Below, in pieces: positions 53,474 to 62,917 of a stretch of DNA of 64,000 nt. The stretch is taken from positions 1,120,001 through 1,184,000 of the forward strand of contig OZ241841.1 of NCBI GenBank assembly GCA_965202665.1, written 5' to 3'. Each line of letters starts with the position of its first letter. Position 1 is the stretch's first letter. Below the pieces are notes generated by a model. It had not been told where the DNA came from, did no database searches, and saw nothing but the letters and a program-made list of their open reading frames with translations. The DNA comes from Candidatus Spongiisociaceae bacterium (lineage in GTDB: Bacteria; Actinomycetota; Acidimicrobiia; Spongiisociales; Spongiisociaceae). Made by a program: the position numbers and the translations under genes.

Positions 53474-53991
53474 ATGATGGCTGAACACCTCTTCGCTTGG
53501 ATCCTCATCGGTCTCCATGTCCCGGCGATCGTCTTTGTGTCTTTGTTTTCTGGAGCTGGAGCCGCGACGATGTGGGTATCATGGATGCCCCGGTCGGGAA
53601 ACGCATCACCAAGCTGGCGAACAGGATGGCCGACCTGTCGCGCAGGCATGGCCGGCTGGCGAACCGGAAAGCCAAACGGGAGCGCAAGCGGGACCGGCTA
53701 GAGGACAAGGTAGCCGCGCTGGGGCGCAAACAGAACGATTTGATGGACAATTTGGCCGGGCTGGCGGGCAAGATGGTCGACTCGTTGGAAGAACTCAAAA
53801 CTCCAGCCGAAACCGACCTCCCGCCTTTCGCCGCCCAACCGCCGCCCCCCGTTGCGGACGCCGAAACCTCTTACGGTTCTTACGCTCCGCCCCACCCGCC
53901 GCCGTGTCTTCTACCCGGGTTTTCACCGCCCATTCCCAAGAACGCGAAAAAAATATCTAGAAATCGCAAATTGCCCCTTGTTTTTTTCTGA
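53474..53991 (+). pseudogene. Frameshifted membrane-anchored coiled-coil gene (subfamily B-like)
   Basis: TM MMAEHLFAWILIGLHVPAIVFVSLF joins FWSWSRDD..KRITKLANRM..DRLEDKV if one T is added to the T4 run at 53546-53549. Confidence 0.55.
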
Positions 53992-54013
53992 AAAGTGCTT
54001 TATATTGATTAGT

Positions 54014-54526
54014 ATGGATACGCTGATCACCATCATCGCCAGCCAAATCGGCCTGCTGGTCACCCTGTTCTACTTCATCTGGCGCTCGGACAAGCGCTCC
54101 GAAGAGCGCACCAACACAGCCAGCGAGAGACTGGAAACCCAGTTCCAAACGCTGTTCGCCGTTCTGCAAAACGGCCAAACCCAAATCCTGGCCCGGATGG
54201 GCAACCTGGAAGAAGGCCAAACCCAACTGCTAATCCGGATGGGCAACCTAGAAACCCGCACCGGCAACCTGGAAACCCGGATGGGCAACCTGGAGGAATG
54301 GCAGGCCACCCTGGCCGAAGGGCAGGCCACCCTGGCCATAGTGTTGGCCAAAGCGGAAATCCGGTTAAAGCACTTGGAGGAAAACACGGACACGATGCAA
54401 GGAAAAATCGACGAGATCAGCGAACTGTCCCACCAGACCAATGCCAAAACCGCCAACCTGGACGGCCTGGTACGGGGCTACCTCTTCAGAGAACACGGCA
54501 CCATCCACGAAGCCGCCACCGGATAA
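54014..54526 (+). CDS. Membrane-anchored coiled-coil protein (subfamily B), paralog of 52901, leaderless
   Basis: TATATT-7nt-ATG; WR.DKRSEERTN..S..L.TQFQTLF and KAEIRLKHLEEN..QGKIDEISELSHQTNAKTA shared with 52901. Confidence 0.8.
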   Translation: MDTLITIIASQIGLLVTLFYFIWRSDKRSEERTNTASERLETQFQTLFAVLQNGQTQILARMGNLEEGQTQLLIRMGNLETRTGNLETRMGNLEEWQATLAEGQATLAIVLAKAEIRLKHLEENTDTMQGKIDEISELSHQTNAKTANLDGLVRGYLFREHGTIHEAATG

Positions 54527-54562
54527 CCCCCGCCCGCCCCTCCCGCCCAGGGGGAGGCCCTG

Positions 54563-55117
54563 TTAGGGGGTTTGGCGCTTGCGGGCGGCGAACACCCGGC
54601 GCACCATCGGCTCGAAAAACTCCAAAGGCAGGTTGTCGTAGTCGGGGTCGAAGCAGTTCTGGTCGTAGTTGGCGCAGAAATCCACCGCGTCCTGATACCA
54701 CTGGTGGTCGCGGAACGCATCGCGAGCATGGCGGTCTTGGCCGTAATGATGGAAGTAGTAGTAACCCTGGAACAGCCCATGGTGGCGGATGATCCAGTAG
54801 TTGCGCTCCGACACGTAGGGGCGGAGAATGTCCGCCGCCACCTGGCTGTGGTTGAAAGGGGATATCAGGTCGCCGATGTCATGCATCAGGCAACACACCG
54901 TATATTCCTCGTCGCGTCCGTCCCGGTAGGCGCGGGTGGCCGACTGCAGGCAGTGCTCAAACCGGCTGATCCGGTAGCCGGCGTCCCCTTCGTTCCACTG
55001 AACCCATTGCAGCAACCGGTCCGCGTAGTCGGCGTGCAACTTTTCTTCCAACCGCTCCAACAGCAGGTAGTCCTCCCTGGTTCCGTCCTCCATCCGGGTA
55101 AACGACACCTGTTTCAT
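54563..55117 (-). CDS. HD-domain phosphohydrolase
   Basis: SRFEHCLQSATRA, LMHDIGD, NHS, HHGLFQGYY, YDQNCFDP; GGGAGGG SD. Confidence 0.88.
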   Translation of the reverse strand: MKQVSFTRMEDGTREDYLLLERLEEKLHADYADRLLQWVQWNEGDAGYRISRFEHCLQSATRAYRDGRDEEYTVCCLMHDIGDLISPFNHSQVAADILRPYVSERNYWIIRHHGLFQGYYYFHHYGQDRHARDAFRDHQWYQDAVDFCANYDQNCFDPDYDNLPLEFFEPMVRRVFAARKRQTP

Positions 55118-55248
55118 GTTCCCTCCCGTCCTAGCCCGGCCCGCCCGCCGCCGGTTGGAACTTTACGGCGAATTTCCCGTTCCGCCGCTCCGCGCGGTAT
55201 TCTACAGGTTATTATTTTGCTTGGAATGGGAACGGCGGCGGGAGCAGC

Positions 55249-56016
55249 ATGAAAAAAGACAACACCGACAAGCAAGTTCCGGCCCGGTTCGGTGGGGGAA
55301 AGCCCAGGTCGGGGAGCATTCGTTACATGGGGCCCCTGTTGGTAATGGCCTTGGCGGTTGCTTGCGGCGGAGGGGGGACCGACAACGGGGAAACCGCCGC
55401 GGAGGAAACCACTTCCACCACCGCCGCCGCCTCTTCGTCGGGCGACGCCGTAACCACCACCGCGGCCGCCGCCGTCGCCACCACTACCACCACCCGGCCG
55501 GTCATAACCACCACCACGACCACCACCCGGCCCGCGCCGGAACTGACCTCAGCCTCCCCGGCCACCCTGCGCGGCTTGGGGCCGGTGCGCATCGGAATGA
55601 CCGTGGAGGAGGCATCCGACGCGGCCGGCCTGGCCTTCACCCGCAGCCCGGCCCGGGGAGTGGGGGACAACTGCTACTACGTGAACGCCGGGTTGACGAT
55701 GAACGGGGTGTTTTTCATGGTGGTGAACAACCAGATCGCCCGTATCGAAGTGGAAGACCCCAGCCCGGTGTCCACCCGTTCCGGCGTGCGAGTGGGAACC
55801 AGTGCCTCCGAAGTGCGCACCACCTATCCGAACAACGTCCAGCGGGCCAACGAGGCGGTGGCCGAAGGCGGCGAAGCCCTGGCTTTCGTCCCCAACGACG
55901 ACTTCGACTCCGAATACCGCATATATTTTGAAATCACCGACGGGTCGGTGGCCCGCTACCGACTGGGCGTCAAACCGGCCATAGACCGAATAAACGGCTG
56001 CTCCGACACCGCCTAA
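55249..56016 (+). CDS. Hypothetical lipoprotein with Thr/Ala-rich linker
   Basis: Lipobox LAVAC; TTTTT linker; C-terminal GLGPVRIGMT..T..GVRVG domain with Cys pair. Confidence 0.75.
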   Translation: MKKDNTDKQVPARFGGGKPRSGSIRYMGPLLVMALAVACGGGGTDNGETAAEETTSTTAAASSSGDAVTTTAAAAVATTTTTRPVITTTTTTTRPAPELTSASPATLRGLGPVRIGMTVEEASDAAGLAFTRSPARGVGDNCYYVNAGLTMNGVFFMVVNNQIARIEVEDPSPVSTRSGVRVGTSASEVRTTYPNNVQRANEAVAEGGEALAFVPNDDFDSEYRIYFEITDGSVARYRLGVKPAIDRINGCSDTA

Positions 56017-56045
56017 CCGGGAGCCCGCGCACCCGCGGCGGGAGG

Positions 56046-57215
56046 TCAGTCCAGTTCCGGCAATGACTCCTGGCCGAACAACACGTACGGGTCTTCATAA
56101 CGCCGGGCCCGGTGCAGGGAACGGGTGCGCAACCAGGCTTCCCGCAACCGGGGGGCCGCCCGGTAGCGACGACTGCGGGCCTCCCCTTCCTGCAGCAACA
56201 GCCCGGCCCGCGCCAAAGCGGCCAGATCGCGGGTGGCGGCCGCTTCGCTGGGTTCTTCCGCGGTGGCCAACTTGGTTATCCGTTGATAGGTGGAGCGGCG
56301 CAACACCCTACCCCGGGCGGCGTCGTTCAACGCCCCCACCACCCGTTCCGGCAACCCGCTCCTTTCGGCTAAAATCTCGCATTCCCCCCACATAAACTCG
56401 GTTTCCTCGATGCGGCGCAGGTGGGTGCGGGCCGAGCGGTAGTGGGCGGTCAGGCAGAATTCCAACCACGGGCGGGCGTCCCGTTGCGGCGACCATTCGC
56501 CTGCTCCCACCTCCTGCAGCACCCGGTAGTAGGAGCCGGTGTTGCGACCCAGATATTCTTCGATGCTCGAAAACAGGGGCTCCATTATTCCCCCGGCGGA
56601 CAATACGAAGGTCTGCAGGCAACGGGCCATCCTCCCGTTGCCGTCCCGGAAAGGGTGAATCATCGTTAAGTTGAGATGGGCCATGGCCGCTTTCACCAAG
56701 ACGGGGGCTTCTTCGGCGGCCAGCTGCTCCGCCAGTTGCCCCAGCAAATCCTCCAGCAGGTCGCGGCCCGGGGGGATGTAGGCCACCGCCCCCTCGTTGT
56801 CCCTCACCCAAACCTGCCCCGACCGCCAGTTGCCGGGGCGGGATCTAAGATCGCGGCGCATCATCATAAAATGCAACGCCCGCAGGGTGCGGAGGTCAAT
56901 CGGCGGCCAACTTTCCGCCACCTGCAACACAAACGTCAGCGCATCCCGATACCCGGACAAGGCGTCGCGCGTCTCCCGGTCCGCCGTCACCCCCTCCTCC
57001 TCCCCTTCCGCCAAAGCGTCGGCTTCCTCCCAGGTGGATTCGTATCCTTCAATGGCGGTTGAATACCTCATAGCCCGCGTCAAAACGGCGCGACGCAAAT
57101 TCCCCTGCCAACGTTGGGGAACCCGCAGATGCAGACGCAACCGCTCCCGCAGTTCCCCTATTTCCCGCAAGATGCGGTGATCTATCAGCCTTAAAGTTGG
57201 TATTTTATAAATCAT
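56046..57215 (-). CDS. Fic family protein with probable C-terminal wHTH
   Basis: STAIEG, HPFRDGNGRMAR, ATRDLAAL; leaderless TATAAT-7nt-ATG at 57215. Confidence 0.92.
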   Translation of the reverse strand: MIYKIPTLRLIDHRILREIGELRERLRLHLRVPQRWQGNLRRAVLTRAMRYSTAIEGYESTWEEADALAEGEEEGVTADRETRDALSGYRDALTFVLQVAESWPPIDLRTLRALHFMMMRRDLRSRPGNWRSGQVWVRDNEGAVAYIPPGRDLLEDLLGQLAEQLAAEEAPVLVKAAMAHLNLTMIHPFRDGNGRMARCLQTFVLSAGGIMEPLFSSIEEYLGRNTGSYYRVLQEVGAGEWSPQRDARPWLEFCLTAHYRSARTHLRRIEETEFMWGECEILAERSGLPERVVGALNDAARGRVLRRSTYQRITKLATAEEPSEAAATRDLAALARAGLLLQEGEARSRRYRAAPRLREAWLRTRSLHRARRYEDPYVLFGQESLPELD

Positions 57216-57310
57216 TTGTTCTATTATAACGGCTCTACCTGGCAAAGCAAATTAATAATCAAATCATATGATCCGATAATACGAGACAACCAGTCTCTTT
57301 TTCGTTCTAC

Positions 57311-58615
57311 CTAGTCCCGCGGTTCGTCTTTGGGTTTGCGGTGGATCATTTCGGAGGGGTGGCGGACGCGGCGGGCCATCTGCAGGACGATGGCCCCGGT
57401 GCGCGCCGGCACCATCAGGAACGCCCGTTGCTGTTCCACCGACAGGCCCTCTTTGGTCAGCACCAGTACCAGCGCAAACAGGGTGACCGCCAGGAAAATC
57501 CCGGCCATAGTCCAAAACAGCCCGGTCGGGCCCAGCCAGTCCATCATCGGAGCGGCGATGATCGGGCCCAGAAACGCCCCCACCCCGGTGATGAACAGGT
57601 AGATGCTGCTCACCGACACCGCCGAGCCGGGGGGCACCACATCGTTGATATGGCTTAGAGCCAGCGCATAGAGGGGCAAAGTCAGCCCGCCGAGCAGAAA
57701 AGAAATGATCAGGGCCGTCCATCCGGTCGGGTCGGCGAACACCATCCACACCGAAGTCAGGGAAGCCAGCAAAGCCACCATCGAAATCAGGCGGCGGCGG
57801 CGCACCCGGTCGGAGATAATCCCGATGGGGGTCTGCAACACCAGCGCGCCGATGATGGCGATGCTCACAAACAGGGCGATCATTCCCACGCTCATCCCCA
57901 CCCGCGCCCCGTACACGGCCGCCAGGCTCAGAAACGCCCCCACCCCCAGGCCCTGCCCCAACCCGGCCACCACCCCCACCGGGGCCGCCTCCCAGATGGT
58001 GCGGAAAGAAAGTTTGGCCACCAGCTGGAAATCAGGGGAAGGGGTGGCGGACAGGGTGATGGGGATTATCCCCACCGAAATCAGCAGGGAAGACACGATG
58101 AAAATGACGATTCCGTTCGGGTCGGCCACCGTCAGCAACAGTTGGCTGGCGGCCATCCCCCCGGTCAGCACCACCATGTATATGGAAAGCACCCGCCCCC
58201 GGGACTCGTTGGTGGTGGAATCGTTCAGCCAACTTTCCGCCACGATCAGCATCCCCGACAGGGTGAAGCCGGAGGTGAGGCGGGCCGCCCCCCACACCCA
58301 CGGGGAGTCGGTGACCGCGTAGAGCAGGCTGGCCGACGAGCAGAGGGAAGCCAGGGCGGCGTACACCCGGATGTGACCCACGGTGACCACCAACCGGGGG
58401 GAGATCCAGGCGGCCAACAGGAACCCCAGGTAGTTGAGGGACAGGACGGCCCCGGTGACGCTGGTGGAAAACCCGACCAACTCGGCCCGGATGCCGATGA
58501 CGGTGGCCAGCATGTTGGTGCCCAGCATCACCAGCAGGAGAGCGGAAAACAGCCCCCAGGCGCCGAGGATGGTCTGCCCGGTTGGTCCGGTTACACGGCC
58601 ATTGGTCTTGATCAC
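57311..58615 (-). CDS. MFS transporter (YcaD-like)
   Basis: ~12 TM; VGHIRVYAALAS, IVAESWLND.TTNESRGR.LSIY, PIG.ISDRV.RRR. Confidence 0.9.
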   Translation of the reverse strand: MIKTNGRVTGPTGQTILGAWGLFSALLLVMLGTNMLATVIGIRAELVGFSTSVTGAVLSLNYLGFLLAAWISPRLVVTVGHIRVYAALASLCSSASLLYAVTDSPWVWGAARLTSGFTLSGMLIVAESWLNDSTTNESRGRVLSIYMVVLTGGMAASQLLLTVADPNGIVIFIVSSLLISVGIIPITLSATPSPDFQLVAKLSFRTIWEAAPVGVVAGLGQGLGVGAFLSLAAVYGARVGMSVGMIALFVSIAIIGALVLQTPIGIISDRVRRRRLISMVALLASLTSVWMVFADPTGWTALIISFLLGGLTLPLYALALSHINDVVPPGSAVSVSSIYLFITGVGAFLGPIIAAPMMDWLGPTGLFWTMAGIFLAVTLFALVLVLTKEGLSVEQQRAFLMVPARTGAIVLQMARRVRHPSEMIHRKPKDEPRD

Positions 58616-58898
58616 GGCAACTCACCAGAAACGTGAGACCGCCCGGGGCTGCCCCCGCGACGGTACTGGGATAGGACATAGCCCCGCCGCAACCGGCGAT
58701 GGTCGCCCCAGAATACCACACCCGAAACACCCCCGCGACCGCCCCGTTATCCCAGGTAAAACCCGAAAACGCCAGTTGGCGGACTCCTCCGCTCGTCCGC
58801 CGCATCGCGTAACGCAACCCGAACCCCCGCCTTTAGATCCGAAGGGTCGGAAGGGGGTGTGTCTAAAGACACGCCGCCGTTTGCGTTAACCTGGCGGG

Positions 58899-60200
58899 AT
58901 GCGCAAGGCGATTCTGCTGGCGGCGGCGATGGCGGTCGGGGCGTGCGGGAACCCGGAACCAGGTTTCCCCACCGCGCCCGTCTCCGTGGCGGAAAGCGCC
59001 GCCTCTTCGCTCCCGGTAGCGGAAACGGCCGCGTCCGCACCGGCGGCGCCGTCTACGGAAGCGGCCGTTCCTTCCACCGCGGATGCGGGTTCCCCCCCGG
59101 CCGCGCCGGACGAAATTCCGTCCAGCACGGCGGCGGCGGGTGAGCCGGGCTTGCCTCCTCTGCGTTCTTTGCGTTACCGGCCGGTGGCGGAAGTTCCGTT
59201 TCCCATAGATCTGGCGCCGTTGCCCGGAACCGACCTGTTGGCCGTGGCGGGCAAAGAAGGGAAGGTGTGGGTTTTGGACGGGACCGGTTTGCGCCCGGAG
59301 CCGTTGCTGGACATCAGTCGGTTGGTTGTCAACCGGGGCGAGCAGGGTTTGCTGGGGATCGTCCCCCACCCCGGCTATGAAACCAACGGCCGCCTGTTCG
59401 TCCATTACACGGCCCGCAACGGCGACACGGTTCTCGCCGAATACGACATGGGCGCCCCCGACCCGGCCGCCTCCGGGCAAATCTTGTTCCGCACCGGCCA
59501 GCCCGCCGCCAATCACAACGGGGGAGCCCTGGTTTTCGGCCCGGACGGGTTTCTCTATCTGGGACTGGGCGACGGGGGGGCGTCCGACGACCGGTTCGGA
59601 CACGGGCAGAACGACCGTTCCCCCTTGGCGGCCCTGCTCCGGTTCGATGTTTCCGTCCCCGGTCGGGCGGAGCCCGCCCCCGGCAACCCTTTCCCGGCCC
59701 CGGAGGCGTGGGCCATCGGACTGCGCAACCCGTGGAAATTCACTTTCGACCCGCCCACCGGCCTGGTGGTGATCGCCGATGTGGGCCAAGACGACTTTGA
59801 AGAAATCTCGCTGGCCCCCGCCTCGGCCCCCGGTCTCAACTACGGGTGGCCGATCACCGAAGGCCTCCACTGCTTCCAACCCCGCACCGGATGCGACCCC
59901 ACCGGCCTGACCTTGCCCGCGGTGGAAATAGAACACGGCGACGACGGAACCTGTTCCATCACCGGCGGGGCGGTCTACCGGGGGAAGGCCATCCCGGAAC
60001 TGGACGGGCATTACCTGTTCTCCGACCTCTGCGGAGGCTACCTGCGCAGTTTCCCGGTAACCGACCCCGCCCTGATGCGGGACTGGACCCCGCAAGTGGG
60101 CAAACAGGAACAGGTAACCGCTTTCGGAACCGACCAGGCCGGGGAAATATACATGATGACCGCCAAAGGACAAATCCTGGCCTTAGAAGCCGAACGTTAA
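58899..60200 (+). CDS. PQQ-dependent sugar dehydrogenase (GSDH) lipoprotein
   Basis: Lipobox AVGAC; GEQGLLG...HP, NHNGG.LVFGPDG.LY.GLGDGG, GLRNPWK, ADVGQ..EEI, NYGWP, SITGG.VYRG. Confidence 0.9.
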   Translation: MRKAILLAAAMAVGACGNPEPGFPTAPVSVAESAASSLPVAETAASAPAAPSTEAAVPSTADAGSPPAAPDEIPSSTAAAGEPGLPPLRSLRYRPVAEVPFPIDLAPLPGTDLLAVAGKEGKVWVLDGTGLRPEPLLDISRLVVNRGEQGLLGIVPHPGYETNGRLFVHYTARNGDTVLAEYDMGAPDPAASGQILFRTGQPAANHNGGALVFGPDGFLYLGLGDGGASDDRFGHGQNDRSPLAALLRFDVSVPGRAEPAPGNPFPAPEAWAIGLRNPWKFTFDPPTGLVVIADVGQDDFEEISLAPASAPGLNYGWPITEGLHCFQPRTGCDPTGLTLPAVEIEHGDDGTCSITGGAVYRGKAIPELDGHYLFSDLCGGYLRSFPVTDPALMRDWTPQVGKQEQVTAFGTDQAGEIYMMTAKGQILALEAER

Positions 60201-60232
60201 CCGAACCCGCCTCCCCCGGCCCCGAAGATGGC

Positions 60233-60293
60233 GATACGGCACCCGGGACGACCCCCGCAGTCTAGGCCGGACTAGTCCCGGGTTCGCCGTATC
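60233..60293. repeat. Long imperfect intergenic hairpin
   Basis: GATACGGC-ACCCGGGAC ... GTCCCGGGT-TC-GCCGTATC. Confidence 0.5.
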
Positions 60294-60428
60294 ACGATCC
60301 GCTGAGCGGACAAATATCATCATACCCTCTTGTTATCGAACCTCAAATTCTCCCTGATGGGTCGCAAAATTTGGTAGGGTGTTGGAGTCGCCGCGGCTGA
60401 TGGGCGGCGGACTTCGGGAGGAAAGATT

Positions 60429-62576
60429 ATGCGCCGCAAATTCACCGCCGCCCAGATTCTGGTGGGGCTGGGGTGTTTGGCCGCGGTGGGAACCCTGGGC
60501 AGTTGGCTGGTAGGGCAGTTCCCCGGGCATGTGGAAGACCCGGTTTCGCGGGTGGTGTTCGGCAACATCCCGGTGGCTTTGCAGGCCCTGTTTTACACGG
60601 CGGCGGCCGGGTTCCTGTTTCTCGTCTTCTACCTGTTTTCCCTGCGGGCCCGCAACTGGCAACGGGGCGGCCCCGACCGGCGGGCCGGAATGTGGCGGGA
60701 ACGGCTGGCCGCTTTGGGAGCCGGGATGCGGATGCAGACGTTGCTGCGGGACCGGGCGGCGGGCCTGATGCATTCCATGGTGTATTACGGGTTCGCGGTG
60801 TTGTTTTTGGGAACGGTCACGTTGGAAGTGGATCACCTGTTGCCCGCCGGGTGGAAGTTCCTGCACGGCGATGTCTACCGGGGATACTCGTTCGTTCTGG
60901 ATTTGGCGGCCCTGGTTTTCCTGGGCGGGCTGGCCTGGGCGGGCTGGCGCCGGTACGGGCGGCCACCGGACCGGATACGCTCCAAAACCCGTCCCGAAGA
61001 CCTGTGGATTCTGCTCACTTTGGCCCTGATCGGAATATCGGGGGTGGCGGTGGAGGCGGCCCGCATCACGGTGGAAGGCCGCCCCGCCCACGAAGTGTGG
61101 TCTTTCGTCGGCTACCCGCTGTCCTATCTGGTTCCCGCCGGGTCGGCCTCCGGCGTCCATCAGGTCCTGTGGGTGGCGCACATCCTGTTTTTCCTAGCGT
61201 TTCTGGTGATTCTGCCCACCACCAAACTGCGCCACATGGTCACCTCCCCGGCCAACATGTTCCTGTCCCCCCGCGCCCGGCCCAAAGGGGCGATGCGGGA
61301 AATGCCCAACCTGCTGGAAGCGGACGACATCGAATCGGTGGGGGCGGGGGCGGTGTCCGAATTCACTTGGAAGCAACTGTTGGACACCGACGCCTGCACG
61401 GTGTGCGGGCGATGCACTTCGGTCTGCCCGGCCAACGCTACCGGCAAGCCGCTCGACCCCCGGGAGATCGTGCTCAAACTGGGCGAGGTGGCGGCCGCCA
61501 CCGGAACGCCGGCGGTGACCGGGCCGGTGACCACCGACGGGGGGATCACGGTCGCCTCCGAGCAGGTTTTCGAGCGCATCACCCCCGAAGAGCTGTGGGC
61601 CTGCACCTCCTGCCGGGCCTGCGATGAAATCTGCCCGGTCAACATTGAGATTTTGGACAAGATTCTGGACATGCGCCGCTATCTGGCCCTGATGGAAGCC
61701 GACTTCCCAGCCGAGTTGGGCAAAGCCTACGTGTCCATGGAAAACTCTTCCAACCCGTACGGGATGGGGCAGGCCGACCGGGAAGGCTGGACGAAAGGGC
61801 TGGATTTTGCGCCGCCGGTGCTGGGGCGGGACACGGAACGGGCCGAATACCTGTACTGGGTGGGATGCGCCGGGGCCTACGACGACCGCAACCAGAAAGT
61901 GACGGTGGCCGTGGCCCGGCTGTTGCGGGAAGCGGGAGTGGATTTCGCCATCCTGGGGCCGGCCGAGCTGTGCACCGGGGATCCGGCCCGCCGTTCCGGA
62001 AACGAATTCGTGTTCCAGCAGTTGGCGTTGCAGAACATCGAAACCTTGAGCGAACTGGGGGTGAAAAAAGTCATCACGCAATGCCCGCACTGCTTCAACA
62101 CCCTCAAAAACGAATATCCGCAGTTCGGAGGGGAATACGAAGTGATCCACCACAGCCAACTGCTGGCCGACCTGGTGGAACGGGGCCTGCTCTCCCCCGG
62201 CGACGGGGAGACCCGCACCGTCACCTACCACGACTCCTGCTACCTGGGACGGCACAACGACGTGTACCTGGCCCCGCGGGGGGTGGTGGCCTCCATTGGC
62301 GGAATCGAAGTGGTGGAAATGGGACGATCCGGCACCCGCTCCTTCTGCTGCGGAGCCGGCGGATCGCAAATGTGGATGGAAGAACACACCGGCAAAAAAG
62401 TGAACATAGACCGAGCGGAGGAAGCGGTAGCCACCGGAGCGGAAGAAGTAGCGGTGGCCTGCCCCTTCTGCTACGTGATGATGGACGACGGAGTACGCGA
62501 ACTGGGAGCGGAAGAACAAGTGGCCGTCAAAGACATCTCAATGATCCTCGCCGACTCCATATTCAACAACCGCTAA
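60429..62576 (+). CDS. Membrane-bound heterodisulfide reductase-related Fe-S oxidoreductase (FadF/HdrD-like)
   Basis: TM N-terminus; CTVCGRCTSVCP, CTSCRACDEICP; two CCG domains (YWVGC..CTGD, CPHC; YHDSC..CCGAGG, ACPFC). Confidence 0.92.
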   Translation: MRRKFTAAQILVGLGCLAAVGTLGSWLVGQFPGHVEDPVSRVVFGNIPVALQALFYTAAAGFLFLVFYLFSLRARNWQRGGPDRRAGMWRERLAALGAGMRMQTLLRDRAAGLMHSMVYYGFAVLFLGTVTLEVDHLLPAGWKFLHGDVYRGYSFVLDLAALVFLGGLAWAGWRRYGRPPDRIRSKTRPEDLWILLTLALIGISGVAVEAARITVEGRPAHEVWSFVGYPLSYLVPAGSASGVHQVLWVAHILFFLAFLVILPTTKLRHMVTSPANMFLSPRARPKGAMREMPNLLEADDIESVGAGAVSEFTWKQLLDTDACTVCGRCTSVCPANATGKPLDPREIVLKLGEVAAATGTPAVTGPVTTDGGITVASEQVFERITPEELWACTSCRACDEICPVNIEILDKILDMRRYLALMEADFPAELGKAYVSMENSSNPYGMGQADREGWTKGLDFAPPVLGRDTERAEYLYWVGCAGAYDDRNQKVTVAVARLLREAGVDFAILGPAELCTGDPARRSGNEFVFQQLALQNIETLSELGVKKVITQCPHCFNTLKNEYPQFGGEYEVIHHSQLLADLVERGLLSPGDGETRTVTYHDSCYLGRHNDVYLAPRGVVASIGGIEVVEMGRSGTRSFCCGAGGSQMWMEEHTGKKVNIDRAEEAVATGAEEVAVACPFCYVMMDDGVRELGAEEQVAVKDISMILADSIFNNR

Positions 62577-62577
62577 C

Positions 62578-62908
62578 CTTACTTGGCCGGTAGGTTGTTT
62601 ACAGTCTGCTGGTTGGTAGTTTTCCTCCGAGTCTGTAGCGGGGCCGGTGGTTGTGGCAGTAGTGGAGCCGGTGGCGGAGGGCTTGGTTTCGGGTTTGGTT
62701 GTCGGGCCAGGGTTGGGAGTTGGCCCACTTGGGGTTTGAGGATTTGGTTGTATCGTCCCACTTTGCCGTTCTGCTGGGGATGATACGGTTTGATTGTGAT
62801 ACGGCGGATGTCGTGTTTGGAGACCCTCTCGGGGCGGGTTTTGAGCGGCTCGCCGGTCAACGGGTCGCATCCCACAGACGCAACACCCCATGCATCCCGA
62901 AGACCTCC
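62578..62908 (-). mobile_element. Internally deleted IS481 relic
   Basis: Three blocks matching intact IS ~345-581, ~932-990 and ~1307-1326; degenerate TIR TACTTGGCCGGTAGGTTGTTTACAG. Confidence 0.88.
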
Positions 62909-62917
62909 GCCCGTTGG

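Noticed and set aside
58616-58890. Riboswitch upstream of the MFS gene
   Set aside because: GC-rich stems are possible but no recognisable aptamer consensus
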